64,000 bases of DNA from Pelomyxa schiedti (GCA_020536535.1 JAHLWZ010000448.1:87132-151131); one strand, 5' to 3'; positions 40,201 to 55,200 are shown, counted from the stretch's first letter. Translations and numbers: made by a program. The notes: generated by a model not told the origin, from the letters alone.

Positions 40201-43200
40201 CAGGAGCACCTCCGGTTGCTGGCGCTGGTGGAGAAAAGACACCACCGCCCAAAGAGAAGTGTTGGGACGCGATATCCATGCTGACACTTGCCAAGACATG
40301 CATTTCACAATTTGGCAGCACAATCACCAAGGGTGCCTCCACATTAGCAAGAGCAGGAGCAAAACCAAGTGCACTTGCAACAGAGGAGGGAGCACAGGAC
40401 ATGTCAATAATTCTTGCAGAGCATTTCACACCGAGCTCACTGATGTACCTTCTGTTTGAAGTGTTTGGAAACAAGCCGTTCCACCCATCGCTCGTCCTCA
40501 ACGGCAAGGATGCCACCAAGTCGGACGTCAAGCGCCTGATCAAGTGCGTCAGCACTTTCACGCACCTGTGCTTCGCCTTTGTTGGCGTGAACGAAATGGC
40601 AGTCAGGAAATTCAAACGGGGTTCTTCCTTTTGTTTGTATTTGTTCAGATTTTCACATGGGTGGAGGAAATGCACACAATGCGGCTTAAATTGGAGGCAA
40701 AAGGTCACCCAATGTTTCAAGGGATTTCCACGTTGCTCAACAAACCTGGTGAAATAGTGAAGGTTGACCTGTTCAGCAATATGCACTCACAGGTGTTCCT
40801 CTCACAATAACTTAAAAAAAAAAAAAAGCACTGACACATTTTCTTTCAACAACAGGTGAAGCAAACAATCCAACAATGGAAATCAGCTGTGAAAGCAGCT
40901 TACCAAGTAACGTTTATTCTTAATCACCACCACCAACTCACTGAAACAAATACAAACAAAAGGAAGAACCCCGTTTGAATTTCCTGACTGCCAAGCAGCT
41001 CTCGGCATTTGGAAAGCTGTTCAGTGAGGTTGGATTCATGCCGTCTGTGGAAGAACACCAGCTGGCAATGATTGGTGCATACATTCAAACTTGCTTCCCA
41101 GAAACAGCTTCCAAGAACAAGCAAATTCCACTCGACTCTGTGAAGCAGTGTATTCAAGCCTCTGCTGCAGCGGCAGCAGCTTTGGTTGCCCAATCAGCAG
41201 CAGGAGCACCTCCGGTTGCTGGCGCTGGTGGAGAAAAGACACCACCGCCCAAAGAGAAGTGTTGGGACGCGATATCCATGCTGACACTTGCCAAGACATG
41301 CATTTCACAATTTGGCAGCACAATCACCAAGGGTGCCTCCACATTAGCAAGAGCAGGAGCAAAACCAAGTGCACTTGCAACAGAGGAGGGAGCACAGGAC
41401 ATGTCAATAATTCTTGCAGAGCATTTCACACCGAGCTCACTGATGTACCTTCTGTTTGAAGTGTTTGGAAACAAGCCGTTCCACCCATCGCTCGTCCTCA
41501 ACGGCAAGGATGCCACCAAGTCGGACGTCAAGCGCCTGATCAAGTGCGTCAGCACTTTCACGCACCTGTGCTTCGCCTTTGTTGGCGTGAACGAAATGGC
41601 AGTCAGGAAATTCAAACGGGGTTCTTCCTTTTGTTTGTATTTGTTCAGATTTTCACATGGGTGGAGGAAATGCACACAATGCGGCTTAAATTGGAGGCAA
41701 AAGGTCACCCAATGTTTCAAGGGATTTCCACGTTGCTCAACAAACCTGGTGAAATAGTGAAGGTTGACCTGTTCAGCAATATGCACTCACAGGTGTTCCT
41801 CTCACAATAACTTAAAAAAAAAAAAAAGCACTGACACATTTTCTTTCAACAACAGGTGAAGCAAACAATCCAACAATGGAAATCAGCTGTGAAAGCAGCT
41901 TACCAAGTAACGTTTATTCTTAATCACCACCACCAACTCACTGAAACAAATACAAACAAAAGGAAGAACCCCGTTTGAATTTCCTGACTGCCAAGCAGCT
42001 CTCGGCATTTGGAAAGCTGTTCAGTGAGGTTGGATTCATGCCGTCTGTGGAAGAACACCAGCTGGCAATGATTGGTGCATACATTCAAACTTGCTTCCCA
42101 GAAACAGCTTCCAAGAACAAGCAAATTCCACTCGACTCTGTGAAGCAGTGTATTCAAGCCTCTGCTGCAGCGGCAGCAGCTTTGGTTGCCCAATCAGCAG
42201 CAGGAGCACCTCCGGTTGCTGGCGCTGGTGGAGAAAAGACACCACCGCCCAAAGAGAAGTGTTGGGACGCGATATCCATGCTGACACTTGCCAAGACATG
42301 CATTTCACAATTTGGCAGCACAATCACCAAGGGTGCCTCCACATTAGCAAGAGCAGGAGCAAAACCAAGTGCACTTGCAACAGAGGAGGGAGCACAGGAC
42401 ATGTCAATAATTCTTGCAGAGCATTTCACACCGAGCTCACTGATGTACCTTCTGTTTGAAGTGTTTGGAAACAAGCCGTTCCACCCATCGCTCGTCCTCA
42501 ACGGCAAGGATGCCACCAAGTCGGACGTCAAGCGCCTGATCAAGTGCGTCAGCACTTTCACGCACCTGTGCTTCGCCTTTGTTGGCGTGAACGAAATGGC
42601 GGAGGAGCTGAGGAGCCTACTTTACCAGTGGTCGATCGCGATCGCGCAACAAGAGAACCCCCAGATAGCCAGGGTGTCACTGATATTCACAAGCAAAGTC
42701 GGAATCGACGTGTTCTTTTCCTGGGAAACCAAGCAGCCTGAAGCCGTTGTGGAGCGAGTCAGGGCGAAGCTGGTGGAGGACGGCCTCACGGCCGACAAGC
42801 TGCTCGGCGATGGCACCACGGTGAGGCTGTACACAGCCGGCCCGAGGTGCGGCAAAAGTACCGAGATCACTCACGCAATGAAGTTGGAGCAAGCGAATAA
42901 CCCTGACGCACAGTCATGCAACTGCACATTCAGTGTCACAGAGGGGTGGTCGGTTTCTTCTGTAATTTCCAAGTTGAGCAGCATGCTCCCAACATTGGTG
43001 ACAGCAACGGCGGTTCCAACAGAGAGCACAGCCACTGCCACGGATGTGGCTGCCACCACCACAGAGAGCGCAACAACTGCAACTGCAACTGCAAGCAGTG
43101 CAACTGTCCAAATACACCTTGATGTGTCTGCTTATGCAGACTTCCATGCACTCTCTTTGTTTTTGTATGACTTGCTGCTATGGAGGATCATCCAGGACAG

Positions 43201-46200
43201 GCGCACTGGGTGCATCTACCCGCTGCATACCAACAACAACAGCGGCAAAAGCAACTGCAAGTGGGTCTTCTTTGTGGAACTTGCCACTTCACCAGCCAGT
43301 GATGCCCAGGCAGGATTTGGCTTCCACACAATGGAAGGCGTTCTTCAAAACATTCCCATTCTGAGTCACCTTCACCAACAGCAGCAGATCCCACAAAGCA
43401 GTCCTCCTCTTCCAATAGCAGCACCTCTGGAAATCATTGCAGATGACAACGCCAAAATCGTTGCCATTTTCCTTCATGCAAAGGAGGGAGGTGCAATGAA
43501 AGACCACTCTGAATTCGTTCAGTCCCTCAGAAGGCTTGTCGAACAAGCAGATGGAGGTGGCGGTGGAGACTCTGCAGTTGCCGTGACCCCTGAGATGACG
43601 GTTCGTCTCCTTTCAGAGTTCCGACAAGCACACCCTGCACTTCAAGAGATGCAGAAGTTCCATCACTGTGTTGCACTCCTCGCAGAGAGGTGCAGGTGGA
43701 TGTCCCAATTCGCTGCACAGCGTGCAAAGGAGCCCTCAGTGGAAGAAGGTTTGGTGTCCCTTTCGGACTTGTTCGCCATGTTTGTCGCCGAAAGTGTTAA
43801 GCTGTGCCAGCTCTCTCTAGACTGTGAGAATCTTGTCTTCATTGCCAGGCAGAAGAATCTCCACCACGTCACAAAGCCATGCGTTTTCCGGTTTTCGTCA
43901 GGAGCCAACAACGCCAAGGCTGACGCCCCCGAGCTTCCAGCGGGGCTCACATTGGTGGACCACAACGACCAGGCACAGCTCGTGAACAAGCTTTCGGAGG
44001 TGTTCGGGGTGAAGGATCTGGGAGAGCTTCTGACCCAGCAGAATTACATCCTCACTCCCGATTTTGCTTTGAAGCTGCTTCTCATCCACGACCACTACAA
44101 GTCTGGCCAGAACCTCACCTTGTGTGGAGGCACGGGTGTGGGCAAGACAGAGCTTCTCAACATCTTCAGTGTGATCATAAATGCTTCTGCTGATATCGTT
44201 CCCAATATGAATCGCAGGGTCCGCCATCTCATTGTTCAATCTCTCGAGGCCATTCCATCCACTCCCGAGATTGAGGACTGCTTGCAGATGTTGCGCAGTT
44301 CCGTTGGTTCTCTCACATCTACTGCTTTGGAGGAACTTGTTGAACAGATTTGCCATTTTCCATCTCCACAAGGCAACAGACATCCAAATCTCTTCCCGCT
44401 GTGGGCATCACAGGTTGTGTCTCGAATAAAGCGCCAGCTGGAAATCATTAAAATAATTCAGTCCACCAAACTCATGAGAAGGGCACTGGATAGCTCATTC
44501 ACCCAACCTGCAGAGTTTCATTTTGAGGAGAAGGATGCTTACGTGGTGAGCAATGCAAAAGAACTTTCTAGATTGGTTGTTGAAGTTCGTGAGGCAAAAT
44601 TTGATTCAATTTTCACCCGTATAAAAATGCACCAGCACATTTCTGTTGACCAGTTCAGGGACAAGATCTCCAAGGCACAACAGATGGTTCAGAAGCTCCC
44701 GGCAAGTGGAAGGATGGTGTGCTTCATTGACGAGTGCACATCCACATCTCTCCTTGGAATGGTGAAGGATGTGCTGTGCGACTCACGGCTCGATGGAGAG
44801 CCCATATCACCACAACTCTTCTTTGTTGCTGCTCTGAACAAAAATGAGCTGGAATCCACAGGCTCACCCGATCAGCCGCAAGCAGCAGCAGTAGAAGCAG
44901 AAGTGACGGCGGTGCCATCCCAGCGGCAGCAATCATCCAAGCGGGAGTTCGACTTTGTTGGAGTTCCGTCTGGGCTGGAAAAGGCGTTTGCTGTGAGGCC
45001 ACCACCACTCTCGTTGGAGCACTTCATCGTGGACTTCGGAAAACTTTCTGATCATCAACAGGAGAACTTCATTCACGGGATCATCATGTCACGGATCGAA
45101 GGCGCAGCAGGCACCCACAAAGAAATCACGAGCTTGATCCTGATGTCACAGAAATTTGTGAACAAAGCGCACATACATCGTGTGACAGCAAGCATCCGAG
45201 ACATTGTTCGCACAGTGTCACTGTACAACTACTTCATGAAACACAGTTTCTTCTTGTGGCAGAAGGGACTCCCTGAACAGGAGTTGTATCGAGCCGATCC
45301 AAATTACGAAAAGAAAATGCGTTCCTTGAATTGGCACAAGCACTGGCAATCTCTGGTTTGTGTTTCCTCCCCTCCTCCCCCTTCCCCGCCAACGTTGGCG
45401 GATTTCGCACTGACCCCTTGATAACAATATATTCTTTCTGTTTGCCACACAGGCTTTATCTGTTGCATTGTCATATTACTTCAGACTGCCTTCAAGCGAC
45501 TTCATCAATCATGTTCTCCCAAACAGTTTGCGGGATGTTAATCATGGTGCTGGAACTGATTCTGTTGTTGAAGCATCAACACCTTGGAGTCGTGAGCAAT
45601 ATGTGGAAAGTTTACGTTCGTATCTACAATCAGATGCATTTGCAGATGTTCCTGAATACATCCTTCAGCTTGAGGACTTTGTTTCCTCTGTGCTGAAGCA
45701 GCTTTGCAGTAACACCCAACTTCCAGTTGGAATTGCCAAGACAAATGCTTTCCTGGAAAATCTTTTTTGCACAGTCGTTTGCATGGATGCCATGATTCCC
45801 CTTGTGATTGTTGGACCACCGTATGTTTTTGAACTTGTATTGTCAGTGTGGCCTATTTTTTTTTTTTTTTATCCCTAGTAAATTCATTGTGACTCTGTGA
45901 ATAAATGAATTAATTCAATCGCACAGTGGATGCTCCAAGACATTGAGCTTCAAGATTGCCATTGACAACATGAAGGGTGACACTTCCATGAGCCCTTTTT
46001 ATCAAAAGCTGCATCACATCTTGCCGTTTCGGTTCGTTCTGCCTTTTCTTCTTTTCCCCCACACTCATTTATTGATTGGCCTTTTTGTTGTACCCCAGGT
46101 ATCAGTGCAGTGAGCGGTCAACTGACATGGAAATCAAAGATGTGTACAACTCTGCAATTGAAAGACAGAAAACCTTCCCTGAGAATTCCAATCAGATTTG

Positions 46201-49200
46201 CACTGTTCTTCTTGACGAAGTTGGGTTGCCAGACGAAAACCAGTCTCCACTGAAGGTTTGTTTGTTGTTAGTCAATATGATTCCTTATTTGTATTCTGTC
46301 TCAACTGACACCATTTCCCCCCCCCTCAGAGTCTTCATTACAAGTTGGACCACCCCAAAGTTTCATCCATTCTGCTTTCAAACAGGATTCTTGATGAAGC
46401 CAAAACAAACAGGACGTTGATGTTACTTCAGAGTGAGCCACCACCAGATGACTTGGTAACTCTAGCTCAAGGTACTCACTTTCCCACCTGTCAGGTGAAT
46501 TGGCATATCTGAATTACACACCACGCAACAGGTTGCATATTTGACAACGACACGGAAATTTCCGGTTTGTGTAAGGAATTCCTCCGTGCTCTCTGCGTTG
46601 CATACCAAGATGCAACCCTCATGAAATTCGGCTCTAAGTACCCCTCAAGATTCTTCCACCTCCGAGATTTTGTGTACTTCCTTCGCTTTTTGCGAAAGCA
46701 CTCTGTTATGCAGCGGGCTACTGGGTCACCCATCTTTCAGATGTCCCGTGAAGTTGTGCTGCATGGGCTCAAGAGGAACTTTGGCGGTCTCGAGAAAGCA
46801 CAGTTTTCCAAGCTCGTGGAGATGTTCTTTGATAGAATCAATGTGGCCCTCGCAAGGTTCCGTGAACTTCTGTGGAACGCAAGCACTTTGGATGAAAGGG
46901 GGGCCGTGGTTCAGAGCACAGATATTCCCATGATAAGGGAGAGTTTGGCTGAACGACTGCTTGACAGTGATGATCCAAATACAGCACCTTTCCGCTACAT
47001 CATGCTGGTAAACCAACACTCCCTTTCATATTAATTTAACTTTTCGTTTTGTTTTAGTTGGACCCAACAGAAAATGAAGCTGCAGTCTCACTTCTCTTTG
47101 ATCTGAAGCTGTGTGATCGAGCAACCACTTCAGTTTGTTATGTGGGGGACTTTGCAGATGACCGCGATCAAAGAGTCAAGGCGGCCATCATTGAGAAAGT
47201 GAAGACAGCAATGGAAAGAGGTCTGTATTTAAGAATTTTATGATTGGTTGAAATGGGGAAACCAGCATCATTTTAGTGGGGATCCATCGATAAACACACA
47301 CTTCATTCTTGTCGTTTTTAAAAAACCAACTAAAAAACAGGTGAAACTGTTCTTCTTGTCAACTCGACGAGCATCCATAGCTCGTTCTATGACGTTTTCA
47401 ACCGCCACTACACAGTCATTCCACGAAGCCAAGCTGACATCAGCAAAGACCCAACCAAGAACCCAAGCACTCGATGCTGCTACGCCAACATCGCCGCGGG
47501 GTCGTTTTCACAACCGTGCCTCGTGCACAACGACTTCCGCCTCATTGTCCACGTTCCAAAGTCCATGCTCCGAAGCATTCCAGCGCCGTTGCTCAACAGG
47601 TTCGAGAAATACACTCTGGGAGTGGACGATGCCCTGCAGGACCATTTTTCTCGGTTCCGACTGGATCCTCTTCAGGTGGAAGGCGCGCAAATGCACCCTT
47701 TCGAAGTGCTGAAAAACGCAGCCATGCACATGGTGCAAGAACTCCATGTGAAATCTTCCAACTCCCTTCTATTTTATGGGCTTCACGCACAAGAAACAGT
47801 GAGCTCGTTGATACTCACTGTTGCTGAGTACACTCAGACAAAGGCAGTGGAAGCAAGAAGATCAAAGACGAAGACAGTGGAGGTGAGGCCAGATGGAAAT
47901 CCACAAGGAGAGGCGAACATTGGCCACCATGAAGAAGGGCCATCACAACAATCACAACCACAAGACGAAGAAGCCCAGAACACATTCAATTGCAACGCAG
48001 TTATTCCTCAATTCCCACCTGTTCTCAGTGCATCCACTCTTTCAGAAAATTCCAACAGCACTTCTGCTTCTTCCAATGCTGCAAACACCACAACCAGCAC
48101 GGTTGCCACGGCTGGCACAGAACCCCACTCAGAAGCAACAAAAACAGCAGGAACTGATAACGTGTTTGCAGAACCAAGCCACTGGGAAACAAACATCAGG
48201 GAATACATTCGCAAAATAAACTTCCACCTGTTGAAGCTCGGAAGGCCAGAGTCAATGTACTTGTGCAAGCGTATTCCCAAAATATATTTGAGAGAGTACC
48301 TTCTCTCCCAAGAGCACTTCTCAATTTACCGATTTCTGGAGCAACTTTGCAAAGCTTCAGCAAGTAACAGTGATGACCCAACCAAAACTGCTGTGATGTC
48401 ACAGTATGCATCCAAGTGGTGTGTGTTCACTCGAACAAGTGCAGAATTGCTCAAGCTTCCTCATGACGAACAGTTCCACAGCGTGATTTGCAACTCAATC
48501 GGGGTGGCGAGCGGAAAAGGTGGTGGAAGAACTGCCAAAGAATGTCTGCAAGTGTTTTCCCTCTCCGAGATATCTTGCAGCCAGCAGTGCAGCGATCTCG
48601 TGAGTGCCTTCTGCTCGTCAGAAACGCACCAGCTCCTGATTTGCCTTGCGGACCTCACGGTTGTCACCTCTCATCAAATCAACTTTGTGAGGAACGAGAT
48701 CAACGAGTGTTGGAAGAGATTGACACGACCGCGGATTGCGCTGGTCCTGCTGCATTACTCTCCAGAAACTGGGATCCGTTCAGAAAGCAGTTACCACGCC
48801 ATATTCCGCAACGGTTGGGATTTCATGTACATCGACTCCCTTGGGATTGCACCAGGGAATGCAAAGATCAAAGCACATCCTGAAGCAAATCCATCACTCT
48901 GGATTTCTCAAGCTTACAATATTCATACCCATGGAGGAGGAAAGCCACAAAAACTAGATGAATCAAATGAGGCTGTTGCTTTCCGTGAACCATTCTTTGA
49001 TCTTCTTCAACAATTTTGTGCATTTATGGGTGGATCTTTGCTGGGCGCAGCAGGTCTCAAAGATGAGTCCTTGACATTCTACTCGAGGCCAACATTTGCC
49101 AAAGGGCCAGTTATTGCTGGGAGCATACGTTTCAAAATTCTACAGGCTGCACTGACTCAACATCCACTCCTCTACGAAGGACTCCTGGAGCAGCTAAGCA

Positions 49201-52200
49201 GATCATGGACTCCTGAATTTCTTCGCAAGCTCGTTCATGATGCCAGTGTGGAGCTGTATCGTGGCTCCTGTGTGCAGAGTTTTGTCAGCATCTTCAGTAA
49301 TTCTTTCAACCACTTCCTCATCCCATTGATCCAAACCTGGCTCAAGATGATGCTTTCATCATATGGGCTCCAACCAGTCCTCTCCATTTTCACTTCACAC
49401 GAGGAAAGTGTGTCAAGCAAACTGATGGAACTCGTGCACCTTGTTTACAAAACCATCGCTGTACCCCAGCTTGACAACAAGCTGCTCAGCAAGCAGCTTG
49501 TGCCCACCGTGACAATCTCCAGGGTCTTTGAAACTCCATCAGAACTCCCATTCTTCGACCCCATATCCAACGTGCTGCAAGTGTATGTCAGCAAGGCTGC
49601 CAGTCTTCTGCGGAACTCAAAGCTGACATTTGATGTGCTTGAGGAAAAAGTGATCGAGATCATCAAGGAAAACAGAGCACTGAACAACGTTGTGGAACAC
49701 ATCAACAGCAACCAGCAACTTTTTTCCATGTTCAAGCAAGATTTCTTGTTGCGGACGATGAAACAAACGAACTTGAGCTTCCCCAAATTCTCAGAGGCGA
49801 CACAGAACAAAGATCCCGAGGCGTGGTGCAACTTCGTCCACATCTTGATTGACATGATGTGCCACCTGAGCGGCGGCACGAGGTGCAGGGTGACCTCCCT
49901 TTTCGTGGCCAAAAGATTCCACGCCGACGACATCAACTACTTCAGGATGCTCCTTTATCCACTCCAAAATCTCAAGCCTTCCCTCGAAGGCCCAGAATTG
50001 CAGCTGCTCAGAAACATCCCTCGCAACATGCACTCCTCCAGTGCAGACCTGCACGAGGCACACATGAAGATGGGTTCCTGGGTGACTGAACAAATCACCA
50101 TCATCCTCTGGGACCGGCTGATGGCGTTGCTGCAACCCTCGAAGTTTAGTCGTGATATGTTTATCAACTGGGGTCAGGCATACAGGCGCTTTTACACACA
50201 CTTAAAACCGAGGAACGAACTTGCGATCCTTCTTTCGAACAGTTACCCCACCTTGCTCAAGATCGATGCCATGAGGGTCCTTTTCTTGTTTGTGTTGAAC
50301 ATCGACCCACAACAGTTTGAATCTTCTTTGAGATTCTTGCAGTACAATCCAAACATTGCCAGTGTGATGGAACAGCATTCCAAGTCTCAGTATCTTCCAG
50401 GCAACAGATTGATTCAGGGTTTGCTATTGGCAATCAATTTCCTGCCCCCACTTGCAGATCAAGCAACACCACTTGAAGAGCACAGCTTTCGTGCTGTAAC
50501 AGAATATTATCTGATGGACCCCACACAAACAGTTGGAATCAGTACCGACTCTGAAGAAAATTTGAAAGCCTTTCTGATGGTTTAGATTCTTTCTTTTGAA
50601 ATTTTCCAAGGCGCACTCACATTGTCATAGATTTGCCGGGGAACCTTTCAGCACTCCAATGCTGCCCTGGTTGAGTATTGCAAAAAGATGAGCACCAATT
50701 TTGGATGGTGGATGAATGTGCTGAATTCTTGGATCCTGTCCAAGCCTTATCAATGGATTGTTGATTCTTATCAAATAATATCTGCAGTATTCTCCCTACC
50801 TTTTTTTCTGCACTAATACTCTTTCACACCCAAAAGTTGATAGCCGAATACAAAACTGTAAACAAACCATTCAAGTATAGCTTCAGACCTGATTTGCTCT
50901 GTCCAACCCCAGGTGAAAGTGCCACTTCCCTTGAATACGCACTTTTCCACATACTTCTGGCTGCCATGTGTGGTAGGAAGGAGGAAAAAGAAGACCCCCA
51001 CCTTGAGGGAAATACAGAAACAAGAAACAATGGAACTGCGGGACAATCCAACAATCAGGATGCAAGACTCAAGGACCCTCACCATAAAGATACTGTTTCT
51101 GAGAAAGATCCCAACCATGAAACAGGCAGACAAAAACAGTTCTCTTTTCCCTTTTATCAGCTCCAGGATGCTCTTGCTTTTTACCAAAGTATACCACTGA
51201 ACTTCGAAAATGGTTTGTGCCACCTCTTCCGGTATCCCCCTCATTCCTTTATTCGAGGTGCCGAAGCTGTTTTCGCTGTCATGCAGAAGGCTGCCAGTGG
51301 TTCCACTCTTCTCAGATTGGCAGCAGCAGGTTTGGGAGGTGAAAATGGCATCCAAGATCAAGTGAAAGCTATCGCTTCTGTAGTTAAAGAAGTAAGTTGT
51401 TTCCTCACAGCATTGTACTCACCTGTTCCTTGAGATTTTTGATTCACCTTCAGCTCCCATTCGGTGCAAGGAATATTTCCTAAACCATATTCACAGTGAA
51501 GAAACTCTACTAACTTTATTGAAGTGCCTTCCTGCCCTCCAGCAATTGAACCTTACCGATTTGTAGAGTCCCACTTATTTTCTTTGTTTATATTTTGACT
51601 ATTCTTCCCGTTTTTTTGTACAGCCACACTTCAGGTTCTGTGGAACTGGAAAAGGTGTATCACTTTCCATTCATGCTTCCAAGAAACAGCCCTGAATACA
51701 GGGGGCAGCGGGCAACCCTTTTAAGCAATCCAGATTTTAACTCCACAACTTTCCTGGACCTTGAGCGCATATTTGGCCTTGTCACCAGTGGAGCACAGGC
51801 GGGCACAGCAGAGTTAATAAGGGTTCTCAAGAATGAACTATCAATACCTGAGACGCAACAGATACGAATATGTATGACCATATTCCTTCTCCACCCTTTA
51901 TTTTTTGTCTTGATAATTACTCTAATGAAGATGAAATCAAAATGTGCCTTGTTCTCGTGGCTTATTACCAGTACTTTGTCAACAAAACACCTTGCAATGC
52001 CATACTTTCTGCGCTCTCGGAACTCAAGGGCACTCTCAGTCTCTCTGACAAGGAAATTCTCGCCTTGGACTTTCTTTCCACTGGCCCAAAGGATATCCCA
52101 GACATGGAGAACTCCATCCTGTATTCCTTTTCCAGGCAGTCTTATGAGAGCAAAGTTGACCAAACACTGGAGCACACAGTTGCCAGTAAGATCACCCCAC

Positions 52201-55200
52201 CCCCAACCCCAAAATGCGGCTCTGCACCAGAATTTATGCATTTGTAACCTGACATGATGAAATTTGACAGACTTGATGGTGAACATACTTGCAATCACCA
52301 TAGCCTTGCCTGTGACAAACCACATGCACATGCGCATGTTCAAAATCGAGGCTTGTGATGGAACCCTGTGCCCTGGGTCAGGTTAGAACACACAACACTT
52401 GGGTTCCCAACGTTCCTGTTCACTGATAATAATACTACTCTTCAGGCTACCACCGAAAAAATAAGGACTGCGGTTTTCAAATGTACAAAGGCAAACTCCA
52501 CGATCTTGCAGCTGACCCACCAATCATGAGAAATAGCGCGCCGTAACATTCCTTGAATAATAACAACAATAATAAGCAATACTGACAGTAATAATCAGCA
52601 ACTTTTTCAAGAAACTGACAATAAGAAAACAGACACAGATTTGCGTTGAATACAATTACTTGGTGCTCTTTCTGTTGGGCACTTATCTTAGACCCTCAAG
52701 GGCACATGAAAGCAAAGAACTACAGGGACACTTTCTTGAACTGCCTTGAGGATGTCAAGAATACAAACTTGGCACATAAAATACACGGCTACATTCACAA
52801 TCGGGCACTGGGGTTCTTCCTCGAACTCGAAAATGACGGAGAATTCCGTCAACAGGTCCGGCCTTTTTTTTTTTTTTTTTTTTAACATATCCATCCATCA
52901 TCGAACACATTTAAAATGCATCGTCAAACTTCTAAAACAACAATTTTTCTCATTCCTGTCATGCAGCATATTGATGCAAGTCACTTCATAACCGAAGCAC
53001 TTCTTCTCATTTGGCAGGTGTGATGAGTGCATCTATTGTCCCATTGAAGATAACCAGTTCCACACAGCACATGCATGCGAACCCAAACGATCCATGCTTG
53101 CCACAGGGGGGGATTTACCGCGATGCAGATAAACCCAAAGTTGTTGAATATGAAAATATGATTCAAAAAGTGTTTGATGTCATCCAAGCCAAGTACGATC
53201 TTCTGAAGAGTGCCTTCTTGAAAGCAAGAGAGGTTGAATGCACAACTTACTGAGTGGGTTTCTTCCTAACCACAGAGCAGGACACTTCGCCATTTAAAAC
53301 CATTGTGACCCTTCGCTCTGAGCAAGCCAAGATGTTACCATCTCTCATCGTTTCATGGGACCTGTTCTCTGAGTTGGTCGCCAAGACCTCCGCCAGCGAA
53401 CTTCTCCGCACTTTTATTGACGTGAGACCCAAATTGCGTGCTGTCAGCAAAATCCCAGAGCTGGTCCACTATTACAAGTTTCTCAATGAGGCCTTCAGTC
53501 CTTTCCTCTTGGGTAATTTTTTACAAAGACTTCAATCGTGTTTTAACCTATGAATAGAAGATGACGTGAATCTTCCAATGCCGGATTGCATTCAAAAGGT
53601 GATGACGACAAATGCCGAGCTTGCTAATACAATGAAAGCGGAATTCCAGAAATTTCTTTCTGCCTGGGATGTTATTCACGACGCAATTGGTGAGATTGAA
53701 GGGTGCCCTCTCCAAATGGCTGAAAGGTGTGCACTTTTTCTTTGACCAAAAAAAATGAGCCTTTCATTTACGGGTCTTCCCTTTCATCCTTAAGGCGTTT
53801 CGAAGCAAGTGTTCCTGTTGTTGATGTGACAACGCCCTTTTCGGAATTTGTCAGTTTTCAGGACACTGGGAGGGGAGACATGATATACCGCATGATACAC
53901 ACCCTTTGCCACGAAATACAGAACAAGTTGTTGGCAGGTTACAATAAAACTTGGACTGGTATGCCCAAATTTTCACACTTTTCCTTGCTGATTTCATGTG
54001 TCCCATCAGCTCCAGGTATCAATCCCTGTGAATTTGTGTGTGACAACACAGTGGCAAGCAATAACGTAGAGTTTATTCCTTACCAGACTGAAACAGGTAT
54101 TGGTTTTTTTTGTTCTTTGTGTGTGCAGTTACCCATATATTTATACAACATTAAAAGAAAGAGTGCCTCTTCAATGATTTTAACTCTTCAAAAAGCTCTC
54201 TTGGTGACAGGGGAGTCCTCTCCAAGGGAATTGGAATTTGCCCTTTCAAACTGCATGCAAATCTCAAATGATGGCTCAAGAGCAAATGTCACAGTGGATG
54301 ACATCCAGCTGCATCGTCACGTATCAAACTTTTTTTTTTGTTATTACTTCTCTTTCTTCTGACTACTTTCACTTTCCCAGATCACAAGTCGATACCTCAC
54401 CGGGAGGTGCTTTTTAATTGACGACAATCTGCGGCAGGTGTTTGTGTTCTTGCATCCTGAAGAGCAGCAGCAACAGCAGCAACCAGCTACAAATGAAGAA
54501 GCACAAGACCAAAAAAGCAGCAAGAGTGACCAGCAAGAATTGCAATTGGATCAGGCAGTTGCAAGGTAACGATTTTCAATGAGCCCTGGCACATCTTTAA
54601 TTTCATGTAAAAGGCTACCAGCAGCGAATTTCTCTGACCAAATTCCCTCATATCAGCGCCCTAAATTGGAAGTTGCCCTGAATGGTATTTTTCCCTTAGT
54701 TTTGCGTTCCCAACGTCTCAAATAAATACTTTAAAAGCCCAAACAGAAGAGCAGATCAGAGAGCTCATGCAGAATTGTACCCTGTTGCTTCAGGGACTAC
54801 ATCGAGAGATAAGGAACAATCCCACAGAGCCCCACCATGAACAAAACTTTTCTCTGTGTTGGCAAAAATTTCTGCCTTCCAAAGCCATCCCAGAACCGTT
54901 CCACACTTTGAAATCGCAAAGAGTGTCCGTGATTGGAACTCTGAGCTCCATTGTGCTGGATAAGTTTAAGACAAAGCAGTGGCTGTTTTCTGGCATTGGT
55001 ACCAGGTTTGAAAGTGCGCCTGCAGCTTCATTGCAGCAAGAACTCGACTCGAAGATAAAAAAGGTCAGCTCTCATTTTTTGTTAATGACCGACCCTTTTG
55101 CGTGACCAAAAACAGATCACCACAGAAGCAAGTTTTGGGGAAGTGAAGAAGCTTTATGCAGTTGTCTCTGCCATATGCCGTGTCTTCACAAGAGAGCACG

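Noticed and set aside
39975-41757. Two 260-aa ORFs as separate paralogous genes
   Set aside because: They are triplicated internal exons of the RNF213-like gene, start at TTG, and end by frameshift at the junction.
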